A stretch of 63,250 nucleotides of DNA, the filler included, from Hyphochytrium catenoides (lineage: Eukaryota > Protista > Hyphochytriomycota): NCBI GenBank assembly GCA_900088475.1. It is 5 parts of 5 records of this genome, joined end to end, with 100 filler letters (N's around TTAATTAATTAA, not from the genome) between each part and the next. Parts side by side here need not be neighbours in the genome. Positions count along the whole stretch, not along the records: positions 1 to 30,622 come from FLMG01000362.1; 4 more parts are not named here. One strand, 5' to 3'. Below, piece by piece: positions 13,711 through 27,115 of the stretch (position 1 is the first letter of the stretch; each line of letters opens with the position of its first letter). A program made the translations under genes and the position numbers. Below the pieces are notes generated by a model, which saw only the letters and a program-made list of their open reading frames with translations, made no database searches and was not told the origin of the DNA.

Positions 13711-14270
13711 CTAACGCTTTTTGTTGGCCTTGCTTGCTCTCTTTCCTTGTCCCTTCTTGGGAGGACCTCTGTCTGTGCTGCGGAGGTATTCCGTTCTCTC
13801 CATCTTGGCAAGCTGCCGGTCAGTTAAAAAGCTGGGGTCGCCCACAGTGTAGCGGTTGAGAGGCTTGACCACGTAGGCTTTGATGGGCGGACCTGCAGTT
13901 GCACCCAGAAGCGGCGGCAGAACATTGAACACCAGCGTTAAATATACGAGCAGGAAGGTAGAGAGCGGGGAATGTCAGAGAGATCGAGACAAGGACCCCA
14001 AATGAAAGAGCAGAGCAAAGGAAAGGGCCGCAGCACATCCATTGGTAAATGGTCTAGCATGTGCAGTCTGTTACCTATTGGGTTACGCTTCAGATTTGAC
14101 CGCATCCGGTTATACGGGTCAACATCAAAAGTATTGAAGATTCTCTTCTTAGCTTCTTCGACCCCATCGGTCACAGCCGCTGGCAGCTCCGGGCCTTTGG
14201 GTTTAGGGAAGGCATAACGAATGCCTTGCTCCACCAACTCTTTCCGGGTTACTTTTTTAACCCTGAACAT
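13711..14270 (-). CDS. MRPS33: Mitochondrial small-subunit ribosomal protein mS33 (Rsm27/MRP-S33); 2 exons
   Basis: KKRIFN...RSNLKRNPIG|PPIKAY after removing the phase-1 intron 14074..13893 (ATAG|gtaaca...ctgcag|GT). The C-terminus DRGPPKKGQGKRASK is typical of mS33. Confidence 0.82.
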
Positions 14271-14558
14271 CCTTCCTCACAGCGGAGAGCTGCAAAAGCT
14301 CCTAGAAGATCGCCCTGCTCTACGAATCTCCACTCGAGAATAACGCAATCAGCACCGGAGGCGGTCGGCAAGGGAGAAGCGGGCATGCAGACAGAGATTT
14401 CAAAGCCGATGACAGAGATCTGGGCGGTGAATGGCGTGATTTTGCCTGACTTAGGAGGCCGTTTGCGGCTTTATTGCCAGCATAGAATTCAGGTCCTATA
14501 TTTTCGGAAATAGCTTTCAGTGAAAGTTCCAGAGGTTTTGCTGCAAAACACGTTTTCT

Positions 14559-14584
14559 CCCGCCAAAATTCGGATTTTGGCGCG
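14559..14584. promoter_or_regulatory. Pair of inverted E2F-type sites in the divergent mS33/DCC1 intergenic region
   Basis: cccgccaaaattcggattttggcgcg contains TTTTGGCGGG on the minus strand and TTTTGGCGCG on the plus strand, forming a 9-bp inverted repeat around TCGG, ~340 bp upstream of the S-phase gene DCC1. Confidence 0.5.
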
Positions 14585-14924
14585 TGGTTTTCGACCTCTA
14601 TCAATAGAGTTTCAGATTCTTTTCAGATGGAGATCAGACCCGCGCCTTCATTGCTAAATTGCCATCGTAGCTTTGATAACGAGTGAGAGTGCCTGAGATA
14701 GAGATGGACTAATAGAGATTCCAAGCTGCTTCATCTGTAAGGGGCTTTTCTTCGAAGTAGCTGGTATGCATCGAGAGTACACTCGCCGCAGGAACACCCA
14801 CAAGAAAAGAGACGTGTGACTAGTTTCATCGCTCTTCTGGCAGCACATCGTTGCCCCGTTCTTACGAGGCTGGTTCAGTATACACCGTTGCTACCGTCCG
14901 TCGCGCCGCAATCAGCAGGCAAGT

Positions 14925-17172
14925 ATGGGTCTAGGTGAGAAGAGAGACCAAGAAGCTTCCCAGATGGACAATATCAGCAAGAAGCGCAAACTGACCTTTA
15001 AGTGCGTCCGGCCCACGGCGGAATACCGCCTGCTGGAACTAAATGAAGATGTTCTTAAAGACATCGAGAGCCACGGAAGGTAAGGTCAAAGCTGAGCTTT
15101 GGCTTCCTTGATCACCATGCTACTTACCTTCCAAGCAATTAACTCGTCCGTCTCAGTGTCCATATCAAAGGCATGGAAAGTGATGAGGCTGTTCTTTGCA
15201 CTGAAAGCAAGACATTCTCCGTGCGGAAGGTGGAAACTTCAAACACGCAGCTGCTCCTCGATGAGAAGGAGAATGTGATTGTGGGCTCTACGAGCTTCCA
15301 ATACGAGGTACCTACCTTTGCTTTGCTTAGTCCCAACTCCTCTATTCAAAGAGCTACCCTCACCTAGCTCTTTGCTCTCGACCTGCATTTTCAACTCCCT
15401 TTGATTCTTCATTAGTCTTATTCGGTCTCCCTCTGAGCATGCTGCTCACATAATCATAAGCGTTCACTCTAACAAGCGCCGCTTGCTGGCAGCTGCGCGA
15501 GACAAAGCCTCGTCTTCACGACCTTGACATAATTCTCCAGCAGAAGGCGTACGACCTCGCGGATCTAGAGAAAGAAGACCTGGAAGTCAAGGTAAAGAAG
15601 AAAAGGACAGCCTAGCCGGATAGAAAGGAACAGCATCTAGGATACCACTACTCTGGAGGGAAAGGGGTAGAACTCGACAAGCAGAGCACATGAGCGACTA
15701 TAGAGCTCAACGTCAGAAGGCGGACAGTCTATGAGGATGAGACTGTGCAGAATTGCATATAAGAGTGCAGCAGGCGAGGGCTAACACGAGGCTTATAGGG
15801 CTTCACTATGGACGAGCTACTGGTGTCAGTGCAGGCCAGCAGAAGCGAAGTGGGGAGGGCTCTGAGAAGCAGTGGAACTTTCCTGCGCAAAGGTCCTTTC
15901 AGACTCTAGTTCCCTTCTCCTCTCAGTCTATACGACTCTCTTTCCTCGAGTCTTAACTCCTCTGTACTCTTGCTTTCCGCTTCAGGGAGATGGTCCGTCC
16001 TCAGCCCTGCTTTGAGGTGCAATATGATCGAAAAGCTTCTCTCCGCCTTGGTGGAGCTTGATCTGGATCTGTCAGAGAGTGACGTGGAGTTGGAAGCGTT
16101 ATCTATAGCCATGCCCGACGTTCCTACCCTTCTAGTTGAGCACATACTCATCTTCTTGGGGTCTAAGGTCAGCAAAGAGCTACCTACCTCCAAAGCCTTT
16201 CAATTTGTTGGACCACTTCATGGTCAAATCTGCATCTTCTTCGTTCCTTCCGGTTTCAGTCCCTTACGCTCTCCCGCAGAGGTCAGGGGATTCTTTCAAG
16301 ATTGATGCTTCAGACCTGTGTCGAAATGCAGCTGAGACCTTGTTGAAGAAGCTAAAGGTGCATCTCAAAATGTCCATGGCGCTCTGTCATTCTATACTTA
16401 GCGTTAGCTCTTATGTCTATCTGCTTGCTATGGTGCAGAGAGTGGAGGTAGAAGCTTTCCAGTCATCTTGGAGTCTTCTCCTGCCACGAGGATGCGAGCC
16501 AGATATCCAGCTCCTCGCGGTAAAAATGCTTGCCTCTCTTCCTCGCTTGCTCATAGCTTATACCCGCTACTTTATTAATGTTTCTTTGCTTCCGCGTCCT
16601 CACTGAATGCGTTGTGCTTTAAGCTGCCTCCTCTTGTCTCTAAATCCCCTGTTGCGCACTACCTTATCCCTACGTCGCAGATGTCCTTGTATCTCTCTCC
16701 TTCTTATGTATGACGCTGAGACTACCTGACGCGGTCCTTTTGGCGACCCGCCTATCTTCAGGGTTTGGCTTTGCGGGAGAAAGAAGGGATTCACGAGTAT
16801 CTGAAGTACTTTCCTTCTGCCGCCTTGCCGCCACAACCAAAGCAAAGATTTGAAGCTCTCTTCAGAGCTCAAGCACGATGGTCTCTTCAGGATTTGAGGC
16901 CTTACATCAGGTTATGATTTGGCAGCTCCTCTCCCGCTTTGGGATTTGACGCTCCGCTCCTCTTCACGTTCCACTTCCGTTAGTTTGTGGTTATCTGTGT
17001 CTCTTATCCTACGCTGTCCTTTGCGAGACTCTTCTCGCGCTCTGACGCGACTATGCCTATGAACAGTGACCTCGTGGGGCCGGACGCGACTGAGGCGCAG
17101 CTCCTGCTGAAGTTCACTCGATCAACCGCTGCCGCAAAGGGCAAAGGGGAGCGCATGTATAGCAAGAGATAG
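14925..17172 (+). CDS. DCC1: Sister chromatid cohesion protein DCC1 (Ctf18-RFC subunit); multi-exon
   Basis: YRLLELNEDVL...IKGMESDEAVLCTESKTFSVRKVETSNTQLLL, LLVSVQASRSEV, FQSSWSLLLP, LPSAALPPQPKQRFEALF...WSLQDLRPYI, LLLKFTRS...MYSKR*. Start could be 14925 or the next in-frame ATG. Confidence 0.9.
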
Positions 17173-17584
17173 GAAGCAGAAACTAAAACGTGATACTTTG
17201 CTCTGTCTGCTTTTACGCTTCCTGTTGTCCCATATGTGGCCTCAGGAGCATCGGAGATGGTGGCCTTCGCTTATTCGAAGACCTAAGCGTAGGAAGTAGG
17301 AAGTGGGTGGTAGTCTGTTCGGATGGCAGCCTTGTCTTAGAGCTTACCGCCTTATATGGCTATTCTCTCTGCCTTATGGCTATTGTCCTGGCGTTTGCAC
17401 TACGGGTTCTGTTCTTAGTTGATGTCCGTTCCTTTTTCGTCTCACTTTTAGCTTCGTTGATTGTGGCTTCCGTTAGTATTGGAACATACTAGGAAGCGAC
17501 GAACCTCCGGCTTTACTCTCTCTCTCTCTGGTTCTAACCCGTCCCCATCGGGTCATAGGGTTCTCCTTCCTGCTACTCCATTCT

Positions 17585-20500
17585 CTAAGATAACTCTTCT
17601 AAGTCTATATCAGGTAATGGTACCTTCCAGTAGTTGTGCTCATTAAAACTCTCATCGATGGGATGCCGGCCGGCGCTTCGCGCTACCGGAGGAAACATTG
17701 AGTCCACGAGATCGTTGATCTTGGCGTACGACTTGCGATAGGTATAGTTTCCATTGTGGATCTCACCAGACTTCTCCACAATGAAGGTCTTCCCTGAAAA
17801 GCAAAGCAAGAAACCATGCAAGTATATGTTAGACAGCACGAAACGGAGAGAGAGAAAGAGAGACAGGTTCAGCATAGAGAGAAAGAGGAAAGCTGTCAAA
17901 ACTAGAGAAAGGGTAGGGTGTGTGAGTGAAGGAAAATTTAAGAGGAGAGAGCCAGCGACATGCTCTGCGAGAAAAGTAACAAGGCAGATGTGAGGGCAAA
18001 GAGAGCTGTGGGAGCCCCTGAGCGAGCCCGAAAGGTAGAGCAATAGAGAGCCGCATCCTCTTAGGCAAAATAGAGGGTAAGCTTTAGCATATCAGACTGT
18101 CCGTGAGGTCCATCAACGAGACAGAGTGTGCCCTCGGCATCCTTTACCTATGGGAATCCCTCCCTCCAAGTACGCGCCAATCTCAGAGGTCGAGGTCCCA
18201 AAGCCTGCATAGAGTGGGCTCTCATCCGGAGGGAAGAGTCTTCTGATATGCTCCAGAACAGCGGAGATGAAGGCGTGAGACGCGCTAACATCCCGGGAAA
18301 TGGACGCCAGAAGCCGGTCAGGGGAGCAGAGCACAGGACCTTTAGGTAGTTGAATGTTGTCTTGGACAATGCTGTCTAGGTACCCACGAGTGACCTTCGT
18401 TTGACCTTCAGGTTCAGAGCCAAGATGAGCGGGCCGCGGAGAGGGAGAGGATAGAGCAGAGCGAGAGAGACAGATAGAAAACGACACAAAGAGGCAGAGA
18501 GAGAGTATAGAAAACGAGTGAGGGCAACGGGACATGTCTCAACAGAGTTATGATCAATGCATTCAAGAAAGGAAAGCTTCCAGATATTTAGCGAAACGAC
18601 AGGAAAAGAGAGAGACGGAAAGAGAACGAGAAAAAAAACAAAACGTACACTGATGCGCGCAATGGAGGTGGAAGAGAGAAGGGGGAAGGGAAAGAAGTAC
18701 GGCTAAAGCAAGAGAAGATATACAGCCTATAAGGAGAGGAGATTAGAAGACGGGAAAGAAGGTGAGCAGGCAAAGAGAGAAAGAGCGCGAGAAAGAGAGA
18801 GAAACAGAGAGAAACAGAGAGAGAGAAGGGATGCGAAATGACTGACCTATGGCCCTGGAGGTGAGATATACAATCTGATAGCCATTCTTCGCGATATTGT
18901 GATAGAGCTGCGCCACTCCAGGCTGCGACCGCTCGCCACGTCCTACCATTGGAATGATGGACCCGATGATCTTGGACTTGATGACAATCCCGTCCACATC
19001 GCTGATGATCAGCTTCTGCTGTGGACTCAATAAATAAATGCAAGCGCTGACCACCTGCTCGCCCTGCATCCGTGAGGAGACGATGAAGTCTACGGTGTTG
19101 GGGCCTGTTAAGGGAAGCGGTAGAGCCACAGGTAAGGACAAAGGCGAGAGACAAGCGAAGAGACTAAGAAACAACCACAGGGCACAGAGTAAAGAAAGGA
19201 AATGGAGCGGCATCCCAGAGTTGGGAAAGAAAGAGGGAGATGCAGCGGAACCAGGGAAACGAGCAGTCTAAGGTAAGAACATCGAAGGAACCTTATAAAG
19301 GTTCACACCTTCTTTCAACTGCATGGCATCTAGCTGCTCTTGGGAAGGGTGAAGAGACTTTCGATAGAAGGCAGATGAGCCATTGTCCACATCTTCACCG
19401 GCGTCAAAGCTTCCAAAGGACGTCATCCGCCGGCTGCGCTTCTCTCTCCTCTCCAACATCACGGGAGACGACTCCGCTCGGTCCCTTTCCCGTACGTCTC
19501 CCGCGCGAGCTGTCCAAGAGTCGGCTCTAGAGCTGTTATTGATGGGGTCAAATGTCTCTGTCGGGGCTTGTGCCAAAGGAGGTCGACAGACAAGAGAGAC
19601 TGTGTCAGAAGTTTAATAGGCCATGCCGCGGTTAGGGACGCCAAGACTAAAGGACCCCAAGGATGGAGGAAGTGTGAAGGCGTTCCCTCTCTCTTCACTC
19701 CTTCCCAAAGCTCTTCTTTGCCTCACTCTTCTAAGTTTGCAGCTTGATCATTCCTCTCCTCCTTCTCACTTTCCCTCACTTCTGCTGCAACGAGCAGGAG
19801 TCTTCAAACAAAGATAGTGTCTTCTTACCCTCGCCTGCCGCGGTTCCTCTCCTGAACCATGTCCTCCAACTCCATCCGCTTGGTCGCTCATCTACGAGCT
19901 CGGAGGGCGGTGCTTGGGGCTCTAACTCTCGGACAAGATCATCAAGAGTAGAGAGAGGAAGAGGAGAAGCAAAGAGGAGTGACGACACGACATAGGAGCC
20001 CGCTACCGCCCAGGGGTAGAGACGGCCGCCGATCATGAAGAGAAGGTTCGGGTCATGGAGAATCTGGGAAATAGAAATGGTAAGTAGGTTTGGCCAAGGA
20101 AGAAAAGGTAGGGGAAGGGAGCAAAGGGACCGGACAGCGGGCATCGGTGGGTCAGTAGCTGCCTCAAGAAGAGAAGCAACGTGAGAGAGAAGCGTGAAGG
20201 AAATGAGGCAAAAAAGCAAAAGAGAGTAAAGAAAGACATAGCCACGTGAAGGAGAAGATAAGGTCAGCAAGGAAGAGCTTTCCCTGTCGACAGTATATCT
20301 CTGGGGTTAAACAGAGAAAAGACAAGCAACGCCATAGGCTACCTGTGGGTCAGCCCTGAACTGCTCTTCTGTCACGACGTTTTCTCTGAAGATTTTCTCT
20401 GCCTGGTCCTCGCTTCGTGCGGCAGTGATTAAGTCGGCACAGAGGGACATCACAGGCAACTCCTGCTTGGTTCCTGGTGAATGAAGCTGTGAACGCAGGA

Positions 20501-22877
20501 TGGTAGGAAGGCCCCTAGTGGGGCAGACATGTAGGGAGACAAACAGGGACCGGGAGAGAGAGAGCACAAGACGCCACAAATAGAGAGGCAGAGAGAGAGA
20601 CTCTTTGTTACGGAGGGACGAGGGACGAGGGCAAGGAAAGAGAAGCGAAGAGGTTTCTGGATAAGGTCTCTACCATTTGGGACTCCTGTGCCGGTGCCTC
20701 TATATCCGAATTTGCCATGGGTTTCGTCTCCAAGCTTCTGTTCTCTTTGCTTATCCGTGCTTTCTGCTACCTCTTCGTCACCGGAAAGCGTTGGACTTAG
20801 GGGCTCTCCTCCCTCCGAGGTCTTTTCGTCAATCCTGGGTAAGCCAGAGAGGGAAGAGGAGGTAGAAACCGCAGATAGTTCTAGAACAGAGGGTTAGTGC
20901 GAAGGCGACGACTGGCTTACCGAGAGCAGAGACGGTGAAACGAGAGAGCAGCAAATGGGAGAACAGAGAGAATCAAATCGGCGCAGAGATTGTGTTTGCA
21001 GAGCTAGACTAGAAGAAGAAAAGAGAGAGAGAGAGAGGCAGAGGTCGGTGTAAGAACCTTGATTAGTCCCGCAGGCAAAGTTGGCTAGCTCTCCTCTCTC
21101 TTCTTTATCGAGTGAAGGTTTCAAGCGAGCAGTGAGTGACTCTTCACAGAGCTCCACACTCTCTCGGGTCCCGCTCTCTAGCTCGAGGCCTATAGGGGAG
21201 TCTTGCCCTCCTGATCCTTCTGTTGACTGTCCCACGCCCTCTCCCAAGAGTCTCTCGGCTGCCCTCATTCGAGGAAGAGAGGAAGAGGGAGAAAAGTCCT
21301 CCTCCGTATCGTGTGCGTCAAAGTAGAGGCTAATATTACGGCTGCCGAGGTCTAATCCAGGGTTCATCCCGCCTTCTACACCGGAGCAACTGCCTCTGGG
21401 AGAGGAAGACGACGAATGGGGCTAGAGCCGAAAGGGTTGAATGACAACAAAGTGGATGTGCGTGTGTGAGTCAGAATATGAGGGAGAGCGAGAGATAAAC
21501 AAGAGAACAGAGATGGAAAGACATATTGAAGAGAGTCAGAAGAGAGACTCTAGAGCTCCTCTTTCTCTCTCCCAGCGGGGCAGTAGATCAAGGAGACAGA
21601 AGAGCGTAAACGGAGACACCAGTTCCCTTGTGGAAGGTGGGGTGCGGCCTCACGTGAGGCCTAGCCTAAGAAGATAACAGGTAGATAGCGACTCGAAACG
21701 CTGGCCGGCAGACCTTCATTTGACCGCCTTCTGCTCTCAGGTCGTGAGAAGCGTCTCTCCCGCTATCCTCAGAGGGACGAAGGGCGGCCCGCGGAGAGGA
21801 ACCCTATGACAATGCTCACTTTTACTCAGGGAAAGGGTTCGAGCGAGAGTTGTGAGGAAGAGAGAGAGTAGAAGAAGAGAGAGAAGGGTGGAGAGCGAGA
21901 ACCTAGTCCATGCTGGAGATGTGGAGCCCCTCAGGAAGCTGTCTCAAGAGAGGTTCCAGGAGAGCAACCACAAAAACAGAGAGACACACGTCATAGATCG
22001 TGCTCTACCTGCGGCGTCCTGGTTCGCACTGGAAGGTCGCCCCAGCCCCAGCTCCAACTGCAGAAGGGAGAGAATAATGAAGGTCAAGGTTCTCTCCCAG
22101 CAAGAAAGGAAGAGAAGAGCAGCCTCACCCAATCTCTTCTCCCTGTTCCACGCTCTCCATCACGGAGCGGGCAGCTTCTGCGGTCGCGTCATGCTTCACA
22201 GAAAGAGATAGGTTTCTTCGTCTGCTTCTCCTAGGACAATCAAAAGCAGTACGGGGTTAGAAGCTATACGGGAGAGAAAAAGAAGGGAGAGAAACGCTGA
22301 GATCTAAAGAGCAACCTAGAGAGGCAGAACCGGTACCGAGCTGTAAGAGGAAGGATGCTAAGCTCTGGAGAGGGGCAGACAGGAATGTAATTGAAAGTTC
22401 AGCCACAGGCGAACTTTGAGGCAAAAAAGGAGAGAAAGAGAAAAGTCTTTCTTACATTTCTCTCTGTCTGCTAAGCTCGGCACGGCTCCTCTCGTCTGCT
22501 ATTGGCTCCAGGCTACTACTGGTGGCAAGGTCAAAGAGTCATTTTTGGGGGATGAGAGAGATTGAGAGGAGAAGGCGGAAGAAAGAGACGCTAAAGAAGA
22601 GGAGGATTCATCACCATAGTACTAATTAGAAGAGAGTACGGGAGAGATAAAGCCGGCAATGGAGGAGAAATGAAAGGACTCGACAGAGAGGGAGAGAGAG
22701 AGAACCACGATAAGTTCTTTGGCTCTCTTACGGCATGTCCAGCACGGCCTTCATGTCCATCCTGCCGCTGAGCTCCAGCGCCTCCATTCCCTCCGTAGAA
22801 GAAAGGAACTGGGAAACATCAGTCTTCTCTTTTCCGTCACGGTTTGCCGTCTCTCATTCGTTCTTCTTGCCTCTTCC

Positions 22878-22934
<57 letters not shown>

Positions 22935-23311
22935 TCTCTGTGCATACACCGCAGGAAGATTCTCACCTGTGACTCTCTTTCTTCGTCGGTGAAAGGCAGG
23001 GCTAGGGGAGAAGTGACATAATCTTCTTGCACAGGCTGGTAGGTGCGCTCCACAAAGAATGCCTCTCCGGCAGTTCCCAGCTGAAGAGAGAGAAGAGTAA
23101 AGAGCAAGGAGGTGTCAGGCACCGAAGGGCTTGTAGCTGAACCTCACTAGGAGAGAGAAAGAGAGAGAGGAAAAGATCAAACATGCTGATGTTTAGATAA
23201 GAGACGCAGAATATTGCGGGGAGACCAACCGTGGTCGAGCACAGCAAGGACGCCACATAGAAAGAAGAAGAAGAAGAGAAAGAGAGAGAGAGTGAGAGAG
23301 AGAGAGAGCCC

Positions 23312-23342
<31 letters not shown>

Positions 23343-24088
23343 CCAGAGAGAGAGTGTGAAGAAAGAGTGGGAGCCGGAGCGAGGCGAGAGACAGAGGCAA
23401 AGAGAGAGAGAACAGTAATAGAGTGAACGGAGAGAGGGGTAAAAGAGACACCAAAGCTAGAGAGGGAGAAGAGACAGAAAGAGGAGGGAGGGAAAGAGAG
23501 ATAGAAAGGAGAGAGAAAGAGAGAGGAAGAGATATTGACCGAGCAGCCGATGAGAGCACCATAAGGTGGCGCAGGTAATGGGCTAAGCAGAGTGGACAGA
23601 GATTAAGGGCATAGAATATCTTTGCCTACCTTCATAGTCACATCTTCAACCGGGATGCCGTTCACTACAAGGCGAACTAACTTCTCCCGACTGCGGAGAA
23701 GCTGCCATAGGAAGGAGAGAAGAAAGTAGAAAGACACAGGATCAAGAGCTGGACGGCATTAAGCAAAAGGCAAAAACAGAAAGAGAGAGAGGGAGAGAGG
23801 GGGAAAGAGAGAGGCGAACCCTATGAAAGATGGAAAGGAGAATAGCGATGTCCAGCTCATCAGACCTGCAGCTTGCCGAATCTGACATGGAACGGCGTGC
23901 ACAGAATCGTTCCATCAGAGTGTCTGACAGCGATCACGTCTATAGCACCGCTCAGAGTGGCCTGCAAGGGGAGAAGACCTGGTCTTAGGCCTTATAACAT
24001 ACTGCCCAGAAGCCTTCGCCTCACGCCTCACCTGATTGAGGTCCAACGCGCTGGAGACATAGTCCCAGCTGGACCGGATGACATTCAT
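17585..24088 (-). CDS. LPIN: Lipin/PAH1 family protein (N-LIP, M-LIP and C-LIP/LNS2 domains) with degenerate HAD catalytic motifs; multi-exon
   Basis: N-LIP: [19 protein letters not shown]|[32 protein letters not shown]|LLRSREKLV...MK|[14 protein letters not shown]: MSLCAD...[27 protein letters not shown]; [24 protein letters not shown]: [72 protein letters not shown]. Confidence 0.93.
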
Positions 24089-24689
24089 CGCGCCGAAGAA
24101 GCGATCCTCCTTGTTGATCTCCCACTACCATGCATTCCAGCGCCTGATCAGAAGAGGAAAGGGCAGCCGATTGCGCCCTAAGAGCGTAGTATCGGGCCCA
24201 TGATGAGAACTGGAGACGCAGATTTCTGCAGATGAAGCTTCACAGAGCTCAACAAGTGCGGTGCCGGCGCCGCTGCTGCCTTTCCCTCTCGCCCGCGGGG
24301 TTCTGACGGGGCCCAAGCTTCACATCCCGGCGGCACATCTTCAGACCAGGTTGATGTCCAACCCTACAAAGATAAAACCCCTTTAAAAACCCCAATATTC
24401 AGCACAATTGCTTGTTCTACTTAGCCTTCACTTTTTGTTTTTGTTAATTGTTGTCAGCATTTTCATAAAAATATCACTTTATATTCCTAGCAAACGCGGA
24501 ATACGTTCAGGGAACTATTGGAGACCGGCGTTCTGACTCTCCTTCAGTACCTGTTACTATTCCGCCCTTGTCCTCAGAGCTTAACCCCTTGACAGTAGAA
24601 GGTCTGAGGATAAGCCGCCTAACGATCCATTGATGGTTTTATAAAAAAGTTGGTGAGAGCAAAGGAAAGGGAGAGAGAGAGGAGAGAGC

Positions 24690-24741
<52 letters not shown>

Positions 24742-24766
24742 CAGAGAGAGAGAGGANNNNNNNNNN

Positions 24767-24812
<46 letters not shown>

Positions 24813-25062
24813 GCAAGAGAGAGCAAGAGAGAGAAAGGAAGCCAAAGATGACAGAAAAGGAAGGCGCCATGAGAATCATGAAGCAAGGCAAGACGCAGGA
24901 GGCGATGTCTCCTGTCATTAGAGGCTGGATCTGGGAAGCAGTTGATGGCGGCGGAGCAGTCAGCGAGCGGCAGGAGGAAAGAAAGGGAGAGATGAGGAAG
25001 TAAGTTAGACTGTTCCTCAGTATTCTAGATCCAAGGTTGCAGAGGCAGATGTTCTCCTAACG

Positions 25063-25252
25063 ATGAGCGCTCTGTCTGCCAGTCTCTCCTCCCCGCTGCT
25101 GCTGCAGGAGGACGCCACACTCCGCTTATCCAGCGGGAACTGTCTGCGCAATGGTAGCTTCCCCAGCCTTAGCCTTCTTCTCATCGAGAGCAGCCTTCAC
25201 TGTCTTTCTCTTCTCTCTGCCTCCGCTCTTTCTGGCTCCCACTCTCTCCTCC

Positions 25253-25294
<42 letters not shown>

Positions 25295-25827
25295 NNNNNN
25301 NNNNNNNNNNNNNNNNNNNNNNNNNNNNNNTCTCTCTCTCTCTCTCTCTCTCTCTTTTCTCTCTCTCTTTCTGTCTCTCTCTCCCTGACACTCGGAGGTC
25401 ACATCTATCTTCCACCTTTTCTTCTTTCCTTCTCTCTCTTCAATTTCGCTTGCACTGACCGCATCTTCTTTCGAACACCCTTTCCAGCTGTCTCTCCCCT
25501 CTCTGGACTGGTTGCCCTTCCCCTGGGGCCGACGGTGCTCATCGTCTCAGCTCGCGACCTCTTCTCGGCAGTGCGGACTGGAGACGCGACTCTCTCTTTC
25601 TCCTCTGATCTCTCCTGGATAGTAATAGAGACACCGTGAGTGCCTCCTCCAACAGTCCTTACCTCTTTCTCCCTTTCTCTCTCTTTCTCCTGCCTCCTCC
25701 CTTCTCTCTCTCTCTCTCTCTCTCTCCTCTCNNNNNNNNNNNNNNNNNNNNNNNNNNNNNNNNNNNNNNNNNNNNNNNNTGTCTCTCTCTGTCTCTCTCT
25801 CTGTCTCTCTCTCTCTGTCTCTCTCTG

Positions 25828-25860
<33 letters not shown>

Positions 25861-26799
25861 TCCTCTCTCTCTCTCTTCCACCTTCTCTCGGGGCCCTATG
25901 GCTGACGGGCACACTTCTGGCTCATTCCTCTCTCCTCTCTAGAGATGTGGAGTTTGTCTCCTGGCACTGCTGCCGGGAAAGAAAGACCGTGAGGCGAGAA
26001 AGCGAGGGGGAGACGGAGAGAAAAGAGAGAGACTGTTCCTCCTTCCTCCTCGCCCTTGCTAGTCGCCACTCCGTCCAAGTCTGGTCCATCTCTGTGGCAT
26101 CGTCAGGAAAGCTGTCGAAGAATCTCCTTTGCACCTGGGAGGACAGCCAAGAAAAGAGAGAGACATCGCAAAGGCAGCGTATTCAGGGATATGGAGAGAG
26201 AGAGAAGCGCGAGAGAGAGATTCGAGGGGTGGAGTGGCGGCCTGGAGGAAACGACGCCGTTCTTATGGTACTCGGCCTCTCTCTTTAGTCCGCTCCTTAC
26301 GGTTCAGCTTGTCTCTTTCCTCTCTCTCTTCCTTTTTGCCATTTGTCACTTTCTTTCCTTTGCTCTATTTACCTCCTGATCCGCGCCATGTCTTTAGAAA
26401 AGACTTGGTTTTCCTTGAGTCTAGTCTAGTCGTTGTGTCTCTTTCCCACGGTTTCTCTCCGCTAAGTGTTCTCTCTCCGTAGGTGGTCCAGCCTGTCTTT
26501 GTCTCCTTGTTCAGCGTAATGCCCTCCTCCGGAGAGCTCATGAGATTGAGGATGCTTCCTCCTCCTGTCAAGGTTACACCCGCTATTTCGTTATCTTCTT
26601 TCTCTCTCTCTATTCGCCTCTCTCTCCTTCTTGTCTCTCTCCCTTGCCTCTCCCTCTTCTTGTGTCTCTCTCCTTCTCTCTTAGACTGCAGCACGATTCC
26701 TCTTCCAAGGTCACTCTATTTATTCTCCTTTCCTCCCTCTTTTGCTGCTTACTTGGGCCAAGTTTCCGCTCAACTTTGCCTCTCTCTTCCCCCTTCCAA

Positions 26800-26837
<38 letters not shown>

Positions 26838-27082
26838 TTCTCTTCCACCTACTAATGGGCCATAGAACGCGGCGCTGCTGTCTGCGTGGAGCCCGAATGG
26901 CCGAGAACTAGCGATGTAAGTGCACGTCTATCTGGCGTCCGCGCTCTGTGCCTTCATCTTTAGGGAACCTAGGACAGAGTTCTCTGAGCCTCGGGTGCCT
27001 TGTCTCCTAGCACCACGCGCCGATCTATTCTTCTTCTCTCTTTCTCTCTCTTTCTCTCTCTCTTTCTCTCTCCCTCTCTCTC

Positions 27083-27115
<33 letters not shown>

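Noticed and set aside
13893-14074. Frameshift between mS33 ORFs 13938..14270 and 13711..13932
   Set aside because: Resolved by a canonical phase-1 GT-AG intron.
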